Assembly (NCBI GenBank): GCA_963804645.1
Contig: CAWDRG010000009.1
Span: 288,001 to 352,000, forward strand
Source of the DNA: an uncultured Bacillota bacterium
GTDB lineage: Bacteria > Sysuimicrobiota > Sysuimicrobiia > Sysuimicrobiales > Segetimicrobiaceae
Direction: 5' to 3'
Length of the DNA: 64,000 bases
This document shows, piece by piece, positions 29,355 through 39,495 of the stretch. Position 1 is the stretch's first letter. Each line of letters begins with the position of its first letter. Under the pieces are notes generated by a model. It ran no database searches and was not told the DNA's origin. It saw nothing but the letters and a program-made list of their open reading frames with translations. The translations under genes and the position numbers were made by a program.

Positions 29355-30655
29355 ACGGGGGCGGCGCCCCCGACGTGCTCCGCATCGGCCTGCTCGGGTG
29401 CGGGACCGTGGGGGGCAGCGTGATCCGCCTCCTCCGCACGAACGGCGCCGAAATCCGGCGCCGCACGGGCGCGACGCTGCGCGTCGTCCGGGTCGCGGTC
29501 GCGCACCCGGAGAAGAGCCGGGGGCTCGTGTTCGAACCGGGCGTCCTCACCGGCGACGCGGCCGAGGTCGTCGCCGATCCCAACGTGGACGCCGTGGCCG
29601 AGGTGATGGGCGGCGTGGATCCCGCCCGCGCGCTGCTCCTCGACGCGTTCAAGCGGGGCAAGAGCGTCGTCACCGCCAACAAGCAGTTGATCGCGCGGCA
29701 CGGCCCCGAGCTGTTCGCGGCGGCCGCGCGCGCCGGCGCCGATCTCCGGCTCGAGGCAAGCGTGGGCGGCGGCCTCCCGGTGATCCAACCGCTGAAGGAG
29801 TCGCTGGCCGCCAACCGCATCACCGAGCTGTGGGGGATCCTCAACGGCACCACCAACTACATCTTGACGAAGATGGGCGAGGAGGGCTGGGAGTACGCGC
29901 GCGCGCTCGAAGACGCCCAGCGCCTCGGGTTCGCCGAGGCCGACCCGACCGAGGACGTGGACGGGCACGACGCGGCGGCGAAGCTCGCGATCCTGTCGAC
30001 GATCGCGTTCCACACGCCGGTCGCGGTCGATGCGGTGTACCGCGAAGGCATCCGCGGGGTGACCCCGCAGGACATCGCGTTCGCGCGGGAGCTCGGGTTC
30101 GCGGTGAAGCTGCTCGGCATCGCCCGCGACCGCGAGGGGCGCGTCGAGGCGCACGTGCACCCCGCGTTTCTCCCGCTCGACCATCCGCTGGCGGCGATCC
30201 GGAACGAACTGAACGCGCTGTTCATCCGCGGGGACTTCGCGGGCGAGGTGATGACCGTCGGGCGCGGCGCCGGCGGCGACCCGACGGCCAGCGCGGTCGT
30301 CGCGGACCTGATCGACACCGCCCGCAACCGGCTGACCGGCGCGCACGGCCGCGTCGGGTGGAGCGCGCTCGACCCGCGGCCGATGCGGCCGATCGACGAG
30401 ACCGCCTCGCCGTTCTACCTCCTGATGCAGGTGACCGATCGCCCCGGCGTGTTCGCGCGCCTCGCCGCGATCTTCGGCGAAGAGGGCGTGAGCATCGCGT
30501 CGATCGGCCAGAAGAGCCGGGGCCTCACCGCCGAGATCATCCTGATCACGCACACCACGCTCGAATCGCAGATGCAGCGCGTGCTGCACCGGATCAAAGA
30601 GCTGGACGTCCTGCACGCGGTGCGCAGCGCGATCCGCGTCGTGGGCGAGGTCTGA
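29351..30655 (+). CDS. hom: Homoserine dehydrogenase with C-terminal ACT domain
   Basis: GLLGCGTVG, VVTANK, EASVGGGLP, GILNGTTNYIL, GFAEADPTEDVDG and DRPGV motifs. Confidence 0.96.
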   Translation: MNGGGAPDVLRIGLLGCGTVGGSVIRLLRTNGAEIRRRTGATLRVVRVAVAHPEKSRGLVFEPGVLTGDAAEVVADPNVDAVAEVMGGVDPARALLLDAFKRGKSVVTANKQLIARHGPELFAAAARAGADLRLEASVGGGLPVIQPLKESLAANRITELWGILNGTTNYILTKMGEEGWEYARALEDAQRLGFAEADPTEDVDGHDAAAKLAILSTIAFHTPVAVDAVYREGIRGVTPQDIAFARELGFAVKLLGIARDREGRVEAHVHPAFLPLDHPLAAIRNELNALFIRGDFAGEVMTVGRGAGGDPTASAVVADLIDTARNRLTGAHGRVGWSALDPRPMRPIDETASPFYLLMQVTDRPGVFARLAAIFGEEGVSIASIGQKSRGLTAEIILITHTTLESQMQRVLHRIKELDVLHAVRSAIRVVGEV

Positions 30656-30657
30656 GG

Positions 30658-31761
30658 GTGACCGCCGCACCGCCCGCACCCGGCGAACCCGCGCGACCCT
30701 GGCGCGGGGTGATCGAGGAGTATCGGGCGTACCTGCCGGTCACGGAGGCGAGCCCGGTCATCACCCTGCTCGAGGGCGCGACGCCGCTCGTGCACGCCTC
30801 GCGCCTCGAGCGGCGCCTCCGCGGCGTCACGGTCTATCTCAAGAACGAAGGCACCAACCCCACGGGCTCGTTCAAGGACCGCGGCATGACGCTGGCGATC
30901 TCCAAGGCGGTCGAGGAGGGCAGCCACGCGGTCGTGTGCGCGAGCACCGGCAACACCTCCGCGTCCGCGTCGGCGTACGCCGCCCGCGCCGGCCTGCCGT
31001 GCTTCGTCGTCCTCCCCGCGGGCGGCGTGGCGCTCGGGAAATTGGTCCAGGCGCTCGCCCACGGCGCGCGGGTCGTGCCGATCGAGGGCTCGTTCGACGA
31101 CGCGCTGCGCATCGTCCGCGAGGGCGGGCCGCGCTTCAGGCTGACGATCGTCAACTCCGTAAATCCGTACCGCATCGAGGGGCAGAAGACCGGCGCGTTC
31201 GAGGTCGCGGACACGCTCGGCCGCGCCCCCGACGTGCTCGCGATCCCGGTCGGGAACGCCGGCAACATCACCGCGTACTGGCGGGGCTTCGTCGAGTACC
31301 ACCGCGCCGGCCGCACCACCTCGCGCCCGCAGATGTGGGGGTACCAGGCCGCGGGCGCCGCGCCGTTCGTGCTCGGCCGGCCGGTCGAGCATCCGCAGAC
31401 GATCGCGTCGGCGATCCAGATCGGCCGACCGGCGTCCTGGGACGGCGCGCAGGCGGCGGTGCGCGAGTCCGGCGGCAGCTTCGAGGCGGTGACCGACGAG
31501 GAGCTGCTCAGCGCGCGCGCGCTGCTCGCGCACGAAGAGGGCGTCTTCGTCGAGCCCTCCTCGGCGGCGCCCGTCGCGGGGCTGCTCAGGCGCGCGCGCG
31601 AGGGCCGCCTGCCCGAGGGCCTCGTGATCGTGTGCGTGCTCACCGGCCACGGCCTCAAGGATCCCGAGGCGGTGCTCCGCACCGAGCGGCGCCCCGACCC
31701 GGTGCCCGCGACCCTGGACGCGCTCGAGCGCCTCGTGGGCGAGGTCCTGGTCGCACGATGA
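30658..31761 (+). CDS. thrC: Threonine synthase
   Basis: NPTGSFKDRGM, CASTGNTSAS, VNPYRIEGQKT, PVGNAGNI and LTGHGLKDP motifs. Confidence 0.96.
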   Translation: MTAAPPAPGEPARPWRGVIEEYRAYLPVTEASPVITLLEGATPLVHASRLERRLRGVTVYLKNEGTNPTGSFKDRGMTLAISKAVEEGSHAVVCASTGNTSASASAYAARAGLPCFVVLPAGGVALGKLVQALAHGARVVPIEGSFDDALRIVREGGPRFRLTIVNSVNPYRIEGQKTGAFEVADTLGRAPDVLAIPVGNAGNITAYWRGFVEYHRAGRTTSRPQMWGYQAAGAAPFVLGRPVEHPQTIASAIQIGRPASWDGAQAAVRESGGSFEAVTDEELLSARALLAHEEGVFVEPSSAAPVAGLLRRAREGRLPEGLVIVCVLTGHGLKDPEAVLRTERRPDPVPATLDALERLVGEVLVAR

Positions 31762-32648
31762 TCCGCGTGCGCGTGCCCGCCACCTCCGCCAACCTCGGTC
31801 CGGGGTTCGACGCACTCGGCCTCGCCCTGCGCCTGCACAACATCCTCGAGCTCGAGCCCGCGGACGCGCCGGCGATCGAAGTGCACGGCGAGGGCGCGGG
31901 CACGCTGCCCCGCGATCCGTCGCATCTCGCGTACCGCGCGGCGCTGGCGGTCCACGCGCGTGCCGGGCGCGCGGCCCGCGCCTTCCGGATCCGGCAGCAC
32001 AACCGGATCCCGCTGGGCCGCGGGCTCGGCAGCAGCGCCGCGGCGATCGTCGCCGGCGCGGTCGCGGCGAACGCGCTGCTCGGCGATCCCCTCGACCGCC
32101 AGGCGGTGCTCGATCTCGCCGCGAACCTGGAGGGCCATCCCGACAACGTGGCCGCCGCGCTCGTCGGCGGCTTCGTCGTCTGCGCCGGGACCCCGTCGGG
32201 CGTCCGCTGGGTCCGCCTCGTGCCGCCGCCGCTCGGCGTGGTCGTCGCGGTGCCGGAGTTCGCGGTGTCCACCGCGGAGGCGCGGCGCCTGCTGCCGGCC
32301 CAGGTTCCGTTCGGCGACGCGGTGTTCAACGTCACGCGCACCGCGCTGCTCGTCGCGGCGCTCGGCGCCGGCCGGACCGAGTTGCTGGGAGACGCGACCG
32401 AGGACCGGCTGCACCAGCCGTACCGCGCCCGGTTGATCCCCGGTCTCGACGGGGCGTTCGCGGCGGCCCGCCGCGCCGGAGCGCACGGCGTGGCGCTCAG
32501 CGGGTCGGGGCCGACCGTGCTCGCGTTCGGGGACGCGCCGGGGATCGGGGAGGCGATCGCGGACGCGTTCCGGCACGCCGGCGCCGCGTGCCGCACGTTC
32601 GCCGTTGAGATCGACCTCGACGGCGCGGTGCAGGAGGCGGTGGCGTGA
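31758..32648 (+). CDS. thrB: Homoserine kinase
   Basis: [41 protein letters not shown] and LSGSGPT motifs. Confidence 0.96.
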   Translation: MIRVRVPATSANLGPGFDALGLALRLHNILELEPADAPAIEVHGEGAGTLPRDPSHLAYRAALAVHARAGRAARAFRIRQHNRIPLGRGLGSSAAAIVAGAVAANALLGDPLDRQAVLDLAANLEGHPDNVAAALVGGFVVCAGTPSGVRWVRLVPPPLGVVVAVPEFAVSTAEARRLLPAQVPFGDAVFNVTRTALLVAALGAGRTELLGDATEDRLHQPYRARLIPGLDGAFAAARRAGAHGVALSGSGPTVLAFGDAPGIGEAIADAFRHAGAACRTFAVEIDLDGAVQEAVA

Positions 32649-33859
32649 GTTTGATCGTCCAGAAATTTGGCGGCAGCTCGGTCGCCGGTCCGGACCGGAT
32701 CCGACACGTCGCCAAGCGCGTGGTCGCGACCCACGCCGAAGGCCACCAGGTCGTGGTCGTCGTGTCGGCGCCCGGGGACATGACCGACGACCTGATCGAG
32801 ATGGCGCGCAAGATCACGCCGGAACCGCCGGCGCGCGAGATGGACATGCTGCTGGCGACGGGCGAGCAGGTGTCGATCGCGCTCCTGGCGATGGCGATCC
32901 ATGCCGAGGGCCGGCACGCGATCTCGCTCACGGGGGCCCAGGCGCGCATCCGAACCGAGCGCGTGCACAGCCGCGCCCGGATCCTCGACGTCGACCGCCG
33001 GCGCATCGACCAGGAGCTCGGCGGCGGGCGGATCGTCATCGTCGCCGGCTTCCAGGGGATCACCGACGAGGATGAGATCACGACGCTCGGGCGCGGCGGC
33101 TCGGATACGACGGCGGTGGCACTCGCGTCCGCGCTCGATGCGGCGCTGTGCCAGATCTATACCGACGTGGAGGGCGTGTTCACCGCGGACCCGCGGGTCG
33201 TGCCGCAGGCCCGCAAGATCCCGGAGATCTCCTACGACGAAATGCTGGAGATGGCCAGCTCGGGGGCGCTCGTCCTGCAGACGCGCGCCGCGGAACTGGC
33301 GAAGCAGTATCGGGTGCCGCTCGAAGTGCGCAGCAGCTTCGTGGACCGGGAGGGAACCATGATCACCGATCATTCGATGGAACGCCGCCGCGTGGTCACG
33401 GGCGTCACCCACGACCGGCACGTCGCCAAGATCACGGCGACCGGGGTGGGCGACCGGCCGGGAGCCGCGCACGCGATCTTCGAGGCCGTCGCCGCGCGCC
33501 ACGTCAATGTCAACATGATCATCCAAAGCGTCCCCCGGCGCGAGCGCGCGGACATCTCGTTCACGGTGGCGGCGTCCGACATGACGGCCGCGGTCGAAGC
33601 GGTCCGCAGCGTCGCCCGCGACGTGGCCGCCGAGGAGGTCCTCGCGGACGCCGAGGTCGCGATGGTGAGCGCCGTCGGCGCCGGGATGGTCAGCAACCCC
33701 GGGGTGGCGGCGCGCATGTTCGGCGCGCTCGCCCGCGAGGGCATCAACATCGAACTGATTGCGACGTCCGAGATCAAGGTGTCGTGCGTGATCCGGGCCG
33801 TCGACGTCGAGCGCGCGGTCCGGGCCCTGCACGCCGAGTTCGCGCTCGACCGCGAGTAG
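32645..33859 (+). CDS. lysC: Aspartate kinase (two ACT domains)
   Basis: [41 protein letters not shown] and TSEIKVSC motifs. Confidence 0.95.
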   Translation: MSLIVQKFGGSSVAGPDRIRHVAKRVVATHAEGHQVVVVVSAPGDMTDDLIEMARKITPEPPAREMDMLLATGEQVSIALLAMAIHAEGRHAISLTGAQARIRTERVHSRARILDVDRRRIDQELGGGRIVIVAGFQGITDEDEITTLGRGGSDTTAVALASALDAALCQIYTDVEGVFTADPRVVPQARKIPEISYDEMLEMASSGALVLQTRAAELAKQYRVPLEVRSSFVDREGTMITDHSMERRRVVTGVTHDRHVAKITATGVGDRPGAAHAIFEAVAARHVNVNMIIQSVPRRERADISFTVAASDMTAAVEAVRSVARDVAAEEVLADAEVAMVSAVGAGMVSNPGVAARMFGALAREGINIELIATSEIKVSCVIRAVDVERAVRALHAEFALDRE

Positions 33860-33862
33860 GCG

Positions 33863-34621
33863 ATGCGGGGCGGTCGTGGGGTGAGGCGCGCGTCCGCTCG
33901 GCTGCTGCTGGCCGGCGTCGTCTGCGCGGCGCTCGCGGCCCCGTGGCCGACCGCGGCCCGCGCGTCGGCGTACATCACCGTAACCGGCCGCGCGGACTCC
34001 GGCACGTTCACCGTCTCCCTGCGGGGCGCCGCGTCGCTCGCCGGCGCCGCGCGCCGAAGCGGCAGCGTGGTGATCGTGCCGGTGGCGGGAGACCTCGCCC
34101 AACCGCCGGGCCGGGTGGTGTTCACGCGTCCCGTGCCGGGGATCAACGACATCGTGGTCGCGCAGCATGACCCCGCGGTCGTGTGGCTGGTGGCGCACCT
34201 CGCCGGGGGTCCGGTGCCGTTCACCGTGTCCGGCACGAGCGGCGAGGTACGGGTGATCTTCGGACGTGCCGAGGCGGGAACGGCACCGCCGCCGATCGCC
34301 CACCCTCAGCCGCCGGCCCCGCCGCCGCCCGCGGCTCCGCCGCGCCCGCCGGTCGCGCACCCGCCGGCGCCGGCGAAGCCGGCTGCCGGCCCGACGATGA
34401 CCGTCTCCGTCAACTGGGCGCACACGCCCCTCAACCGGGCGCTGGCCGACCTCGAAAATGCGACCGACACCGTGATTATCGCCGACATCGGCGTCGACGG
34501 CTTCCTCACGCTGCGGATGGACAACGCGCCCCTTGACGACGTGCTCCAGGCGATCGCCAACCAGCTGCACGTCCACTTCGTCAAGAAGGACGATACGTAC
34601 TGGCTCACTCGGGGGTCCTAG
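33863..34621 (+). CDS. Exported protein: AMIN-like domain, Pro-rich linker, STN-like (secretin/TonB N-terminal) domain
   Basis: Signal peptide; VAQHDPAVVWLV resembles AMIN; PPAPPPP linker; TPLNRALADL...LTLRMDNAPLDDVLQAI resembles STN. Confidence 0.6.
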   Translation: MRGGRGVRRASARLLLAGVVCAALAAPWPTAARASAYITVTGRADSGTFTVSLRGAASLAGAARRSGSVVIVPVAGDLAQPPGRVVFTRPVPGINDIVVAQHDPAVVWLVAHLAGGPVPFTVSGTSGEVRVIFGRAEAGTAPPPIAHPQPPAPPPPAAPPRPPVAHPPAPAKPAAGPTMTVSVNWAHTPLNRALADLENATDTVIIADIGVDGFLTLRMDNAPLDDVLQAIANQLHVHFVKKDDTYWLTRGS

Positions 34622-34725
34622 CGGCCGGACCACCCGGCTTTTGGGCATAGGGATACCGGGGCACGCGGTCCGCGGGGTCGTCGTCGGGAGGTCGCCGCTC
34701 CCGCCGGACGTCGGGAGGGACGCTC

Positions 34726-35580
34726 GTGGGAACGTTCAGCCGAACGTGGTCCTACATTCAAGTGAGCTGGCGCGTGCTCATGAAGGACACGAGCATTCTC
34801 GTCTTCCCCGTCGTGAGCATGGCCGCCGTCTTGGTGATTCTCGTGCCGTTCGCGATCGGCAACCGGGCGGCGTTTGAGGCGGCGAAGGGATCGTCCGCGA
34901 TGCTGCCCGCGTCGCTCTACGCGCAGACGTTCGTGCTGTATTTGGTGTGCTCGTTCGTCATCGTGTTCGCAAACAGCGCCATGGTCGCATGCGCGTCCCT
35001 CTGCCTGTCGGGCGGGACGGCCACGGTCGCCGACGGATGTAGCGCGGCGCTGCGCAACCTGCCCCGGATCGCGCTCTGGTCGATGATCGCGGGCACGGTC
35101 GGGTTTCTTCTGTCGATGGCCAGGCGCCGCGAAGACGGCATCGTCAATCAACTCGTCACCGCGGTCATCGGCGTGGCCTGGGCGGCCGGCACGTATTTCA
35201 TCATTCCGGTGATCATCCTCGAGGGTTGCGACATTTTTACGGCGTTCAAGCGCTCCGCCGAACTGTTCAGGCGGCAGTGGGGAGCGGCGGTGGCCGGCAA
35301 CGTCGGCTTCGGCGCAGTGTTCATGCTGTTCTGGATCGTGCCGATCGCGCTCGTGGCCGCGGCCGGAGGCCTCGGCATGCTGTCCAAGACGGCCCTCCTC
35401 ACGGCCGTCGTGATGTGCGGGATCTACTTCGTCATCCTGGGGGCGGTCCAGTCGGCGCTCGAAGAGATCTTTGTGGTCGTCGCCTATCAGCAGGCCAGCG
35501 GCACCGGGAATCCTCAGGAGATCGACCCACAGTTTGCGATGGCGGGATTTTCGCAGGGCGAGCTCAGAATCAACGACTGA
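34726..35580 (+). CDS. Multi-pass membrane protein (DUF6159-like)
   Basis: SWRVLMKD..LVFP, IALWSMIAGTVG and TYFIIPVIILE...FKRSAELFRRQWG. Confidence 0.7.
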   Translation: MGTFSRTWSYIQVSWRVLMKDTSILVFPVVSMAAVLVILVPFAIGNRAAFEAAKGSSAMLPASLYAQTFVLYLVCSFVIVFANSAMVACASLCLSGGTATVADGCSAALRNLPRIALWSMIAGTVGFLLSMARRREDGIVNQLVTAVIGVAWAAGTYFIIPVIILEGCDIFTAFKRSAELFRRQWGAAVAGNVGFGAVFMLFWIVPIALVAAAGGLGMLSKTALLTAVVMCGIYFVILGAVQSALEEIFVVVAYQQASGTGNPQEIDPQFAMAGFSQGELRIND

Positions 35581-35769
35581 CGACCGCGCCCGTCCCGGTC
35601 AGGCCGGGCGAAGCACACCGGAATCCCGCGGCCCCGCGGGATCGATCACCGCCCCGCTCGGGTTCACGCGCACGAAGACGGCCGCCAGCAGGCGGGATCA
35701 CGGTTGCCAAGGAAGCCCGATCTGACCACGCCGCGTGTGCGCGCACAGATGCGGTGACGACCGGCGAGG

Positions 35770-36095
35770 GATGGCCGGTCGGGAGACCCCGCCACCTGCT
35801 CCAAAGGCGCCCGCAGCGTCGTCGAGACATACGTCCGCGGGCGTCCCATCCGTGCGCGCGCCCGTTTCGGCCGGCGCCGCAGCAGGCGAATGGCCACCTT
35901 GCGATCGCGCTTGGTGATGCGGCAAAACTCGTCCAAGAGGCGCCCGTTCTCACGGCGGCTGGCCAGCCGATAGTGCGGACGCACCGATGCGGCGTACTCG
36001 CGAACGCGGTGGGGACCGATGTCGCCTCCAAGCCCTGGGTAAGGGGGGTTTTGAGGCAACACCTTCCCGTTCGGTAAGGATAATTTTGAGGCACT
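35770..36095 (-). pseudogene. Decayed 5' end of a second ISNCY-like element (terminal boxes plus transposase N-terminus)
   Basis: REYAASVRPHYRLA...LLDEFCRITKRDRKVAIRLL...GRPRTY aligns by eye with the 27200 transposase N-terminus. Tandem boxes GGTAAG...TTTTGAGGCA at 36038-36060 and 36073-36094. Left boundary approximate. Confidence 0.8.
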
Positions 36096-36103
36096 TCACC
36101 GCC

Positions 36104-36132
36104 TTGACAACCTGCCCGGGGCTCCGTAGCAT
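36104..36132 (+). promoter_or_regulatory. Sigma70-type promoter for the T-box/metG transcript
   Basis: TTGACA (36104-36109), 17-nt spacer, TAGCAT (36127-36132). Confidence 0.75.
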
Positions 36133-36137
36133 AGGTC

Positions 36138-36453
36138 CAAAGCGATGACGGAGCGGGAGTACGCCCGCCGCCGGCCCGAAGCCGCGGAAGCGGCCCGAGA
36201 GAGCCGGGTCAGGTGCGAGCCGGTGGGAGCGGCGGGCGGAACATGGCTCCGGAGCTGCGCGCGGAAACGCGGACGGTGCGTCCGCGGAGTAGGCGGCGCC
36301 GCGGTGCCCCCGTGACGGGCGGCGTTCGGACGTGTGTCAGGCGCGGTGCGCCGGGCGCGCGCCCGGGCGATGAGGCCCGATGCCGGGCGAAGATGGGTGG
36401 TACCGCGGAGGAGTATGCCTCTCGTCCCTGAGACGAGGGGCATCATGTTTTTC
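36138..36453 (+). ncRNA. T-box riboswitch, Met specifier, transcription-termination type
   Basis: Stem I start AAAGCGATGA..GAGTA, AG box GAGAGAGCCGG, GGTGCGAG, specifier GAACATGG (AUG 36243-36245), T-box AGATGGGTGGTACCGCG (36391-36407), terminator ATGCCTCTCGTC..GACGAGGGGCAT followed by a T run; directly upstream of metG. Confidence 0.9.
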
Positions 36454-36490
36454 ACACGCGCGCGGGACGCGCGGAGACGAGGGACACACG

Positions 36491-38485
36491 ATGAAGACCT
36501 ACTACATTACGACGCCGATCTACTACGTGAACGGCGAGCCGCACATCGGCCACGCGTACACGACGATCGCGGCGGACGTGGCGGCGCGGTTCAAGCGGCT
36601 CGCGGGCTACGACGTGTTCTTTCTGACGGGCACCGACGAGCACGGCATCAACATTGCCCGCGTCGCCGAGCGAAACGGCGTCCCGCCGCAGGTGTGGGCG
36701 GACCGGATCGCGGGCCAGTTCCGCCAGTTGTGGCAGATTCTCCACATCTCCAACGACGACTTCGTCCGCACGACCGAGCCGCGCCACCGCGCGGTCGCGC
36801 AGCACATATTCGAGCGGCTGTACCGTTCGGGCGATATCTACCTCGGCACCTACGAAGGGTGGTACTGCCCTTCGTGTGAGAGCTTCTACCAGGAGAACGA
36901 TCTCGGGCCCGACCACACGTGCCCCGTGCACACCGGGCGCGCGCTCGAGTGGACCGCCGAGGAAGCCTACATGTTCCGGCTCTCCGCCTACACGGACTGG
37001 CTCCTGCGGCACATCGAAGAGCACCCGGAAGCCGTCGGGCCCGACGGCCCCCGCAACGAGGTGCTCTCCCTGCTGCGCTCCGGCCTCAAGGACATCGCGG
37101 TCAGCCGCACCACGTTCACGTGGGGCGTGCCGGTCCCGTTCGACCCGAAGCACGTCATCTACGTCTGGATCGACGCGCTGACCAACTACATTACCGCCGC
37201 GGGGATCCTGGACGACCGGGAGAAGTTCGCGCGCTATTGGCCCGCGGACGTCCACCTGGTGGGGAAAGACATCGTCCGGTTCCACGCGGTGATCTGGCCG
37301 ATCGTGCTCCACGCCGCGGGGATTCCCGTGCCGAAGCGGACGTTCGCGCACGGATGGCTCACGTTCGGCGGCCAGAAATTCAGCAAGTCGCTCGGCATCA
37401 TCCTGGACCCCGCCGCGCTGTCCCGCGAGGTCGCCGCCGAGGCGGGCGCCGACGTGGACATCGCGGTGGACGCGGTGCGGTACTTCCTCCTGCGCGAGAT
37501 CCCGTTTGGGGCGAACGGAGACTTCAGCAAGGCGGCGCTGATTCACCGTTTCAACGCCGACCTCGCGAACGACTACGGCAACCTGCTGAACCGCGCGCTG
37601 CCGATCGTCGAACGCCAGCTGGGCGGCCGCATCCCCGCGCGCGGCCCGGAGGAGGGCGGCGACGCCGCGCTGCGCGAGCTCGCCGCGGCGGTCGCGGCCG
37701 CGATCGAACCGGCGATCGACCGCTTGGATTTCCGCGGCGCGCTCGAGGAGATCTGGAAGATCCTGTCCGCCGGCAACAAGTACTTCGATGAAGAGGCGCC
37801 GTGGCGGGTGTTTCAGGCGGGGCACGTGCAGCGGGGCGGCACCATCTTGTACAATACGCTCGAAGCCGTCCGCGTCGCGACCGTCCTGCTGTCGCCGTGG
37901 CTGCCGACCGCAGCCGCCCGCGTATGGGAGCAGCTGGGGATCGACGCGCCCCTCGCCGCACAGCGCCTGCCCGACGCCGCGCGATGGGGCGGGTTGCCCG
38001 AGGGGACGCGCGTGCGTCCCGGCGCGCCGATCTTTCCAAGAATCGAGACCCGGCCCGCAGCGCGGGAGCAGCCGACCGGCACGCGCGGCGCCGCGCGCGC
38101 ACCGCGCGCGCCAGAGGAAGCGGCGGCCGCCGGCACGGCGTCCAGAGGAGGCACGGGGATGGGCACGATCTCGATCGACGACTTCCGGAAGGTCGAGCTG
38201 CGGGTCGCGGAGATCCTGGAGGCGAAGCGGGTCCCCGGCGCGGACAAGATCCTGGAACTGCGCATCAAGATCGGCGACGAGACGCGCTCGCTGGCCGCCG
38301 GCATCGCCCAGCACTACGCGCCCGAGGCGCTGGTCGGGCGCAAGATCGTGGTCGTCGCGAATCTCGAACCGCGCCGCGTGCGCGGCGTGGAGTCGCAGGG
38401 CATGCTGCTCGCGGCCAGCCACGACGGCCGCGTGGTCCTGCTTGGTGTCGATGGGGACGTTCCGAGCGGCGCTCCGGTGTCGTAG
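36491..38485 (+). CDS. metG: Methionine--tRNA ligase with C-terminal tRNA-binding domain
   Basis: YYITTPIYYVN, HIGH, TGTDEHG, YVWIDAL, KFSKS and GVESQGMLLAA motifs. Confidence 0.97.
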   Translation: MKTYYITTPIYYVNGEPHIGHAYTTIAADVAARFKRLAGYDVFFLTGTDEHGINIARVAERNGVPPQVWADRIAGQFRQLWQILHISNDDFVRTTEPRHRAVAQHIFERLYRSGDIYLGTYEGWYCPSCESFYQENDLGPDHTCPVHTGRALEWTAEEAYMFRLSAYTDWLLRHIEEHPEAVGPDGPRNEVLSLLRSGLKDIAVSRTTFTWGVPVPFDPKHVIYVWIDALTNYITAAGILDDREKFARYWPADVHLVGKDIVRFHAVIWPIVLHAAGIPVPKRTFAHGWLTFGGQKFSKSLGIILDPAALSREVAAEAGADVDIAVDAVRYFLLREIPFGANGDFSKAALIHRFNADLANDYGNLLNRALPIVERQLGGRIPARGPEEGGDAALRELAAAVAAAIEPAIDRLDFRGALEEIWKILSAGNKYFDEEAPWRVFQAGHVQRGGTILYNTLEAVRVATVLLSPWLPTAAARVWEQLGIDAPLAAQRLPDAARWGGLPEGTRVRPGAPIFPRIETRPAAREQPTGTRGAARAPRAPEEAAAAGTASRGGTGMGTISIDDFRKVELRVAEILEAKRVPGADKILELRIKIGDETRSLAAGIAQHYAPEALVGRKIVVVANLEPRRVRGVESQGMLLAASHDGRVVLLGVDGDVPSGAPVS

Positions 38486-38542
38486 AATGAAGACGTCGCG
38501 CCCGACCACCGGCGCGCGCATCCGCTCCAGGGGAGGCGACAG

Positions 38543-38959
38543 ATGCTCATGACTCGGAAGCACGTGGTACGGATGGCCGCGCTGCTCGCGGCCGCGGTGA
38601 TGCTCGGCCCGGCCCGCCCCGCGTTCGCGGACGCTCGAGACATCTCCGTCGGGGGCGTCTACATCTGCACGATCACGCATGACGCGTCCGGCTACACGTC
38701 GTACCAGCGCGCCGCGCAGTTCAACAAGCGGATCACGGATGTGCTGAGCACGCCGGCGTTCCAGCGGGGCGGCACCGTGGTTGTCAGCCAGATGGGCGGG
38801 TCGGCGACGGTCTCGGTCGGCAACATCCTCGTGTTCACGGTCACGCCGGCGGACGTCGAGCCCACGAACGAAACCACGGTCGACCTGGCCAAGACGTGGG
38901 CGCAGCGCCTCGCGCAGGGCTTGGGGGTCGCGATGCCGGGCTCGACGTTCCACTTCTAG
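38543..38959 (+). CDS. Exported hypothetical protein
   Basis: GGAGG RBS; signal peptide ending PAFA; 138 aa with normal composition. Confidence 0.7.
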   Translation: MLMTRKHVVRMAALLAAAVMLGPARPAFADARDISVGGVYICTITHDASGYTSYQRAAQFNKRITDVLSTPAFQRGGTVVVSQMGGSATVSVGNILVFTVTPADVEPTNETTVDLAKTWAQRLAQGLGVAMPGSTFHF

Positions 38960-38999
38960 CGCGGCGCGCACGCCCGCAGCGCGCCGAGCCCGGCCGCGG

Positions 39000-39311
39000 T
39001 TAGGGCACCGCCTGCCTGAAGCTCTTGCCGATCGCGAACAGGATCGGGCTGGCGGACCGCCGCGCGACGACCGGGGCCTGGTGAGAGATCAGCACGACGC
39101 CGGGGTTGCCGTCCTCGCCCGGTCCGATCGTGAATTGGACGACGCCGCCCACCAGTTCCCCCCGGTGGTTGGTCCACTCCGCGGACGCGGCCGCGAGTTG
39201 CCCGTCGGGCGACGGGGCGATCCCCACCGTCTTGAAATAGAAATCGGGAGACGTCTGTTGGAATTGCTGCGTCAGGTTCAGGATGAGCTCCTCCGCGGTC
39301 ACCTGTTCCAT
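39000..39311 (-). CDS. Hypothetical protein (103 aa)
   Basis: Globular-like composition unlike shadow ORFs; fills the gap between neighbouring genes. Confidence 0.6.
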   Translation of the reverse strand: MEQVTAEELILNLTQQFQQTSPDFYFKTVGIAPSPDGQLAAASAEWTNHRGELVGGVVQFTIGPGEDGNPGVVLISHQAPVVARRSASPILFAIGKSFRQAVP

Positions 39312-39495
39312 TCAGCGTGACCAGCGGGAGCACCGCGTCGCAGGTCCCTCCATCGGGGCGTCTTGATAAAGACGGCAACCCCGTTGTCTCTCACACGCCA
39401 CGTCGACGGGTGCTTCCGAGTGCTGGGCTCGGATGTATACTGAGGGTGGAACGTCACCCGTCAACGGAGCCCCGACTTAAGGAGGCCGCGCAGGA

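Noticed and set aside
36380..36490. N-terminal extension of MetG from TTG/GTG/ATG upstream of 36491
   Set aside because: This region is the T-box antiterminator and terminator; MetG homology begins at ATG 36491.
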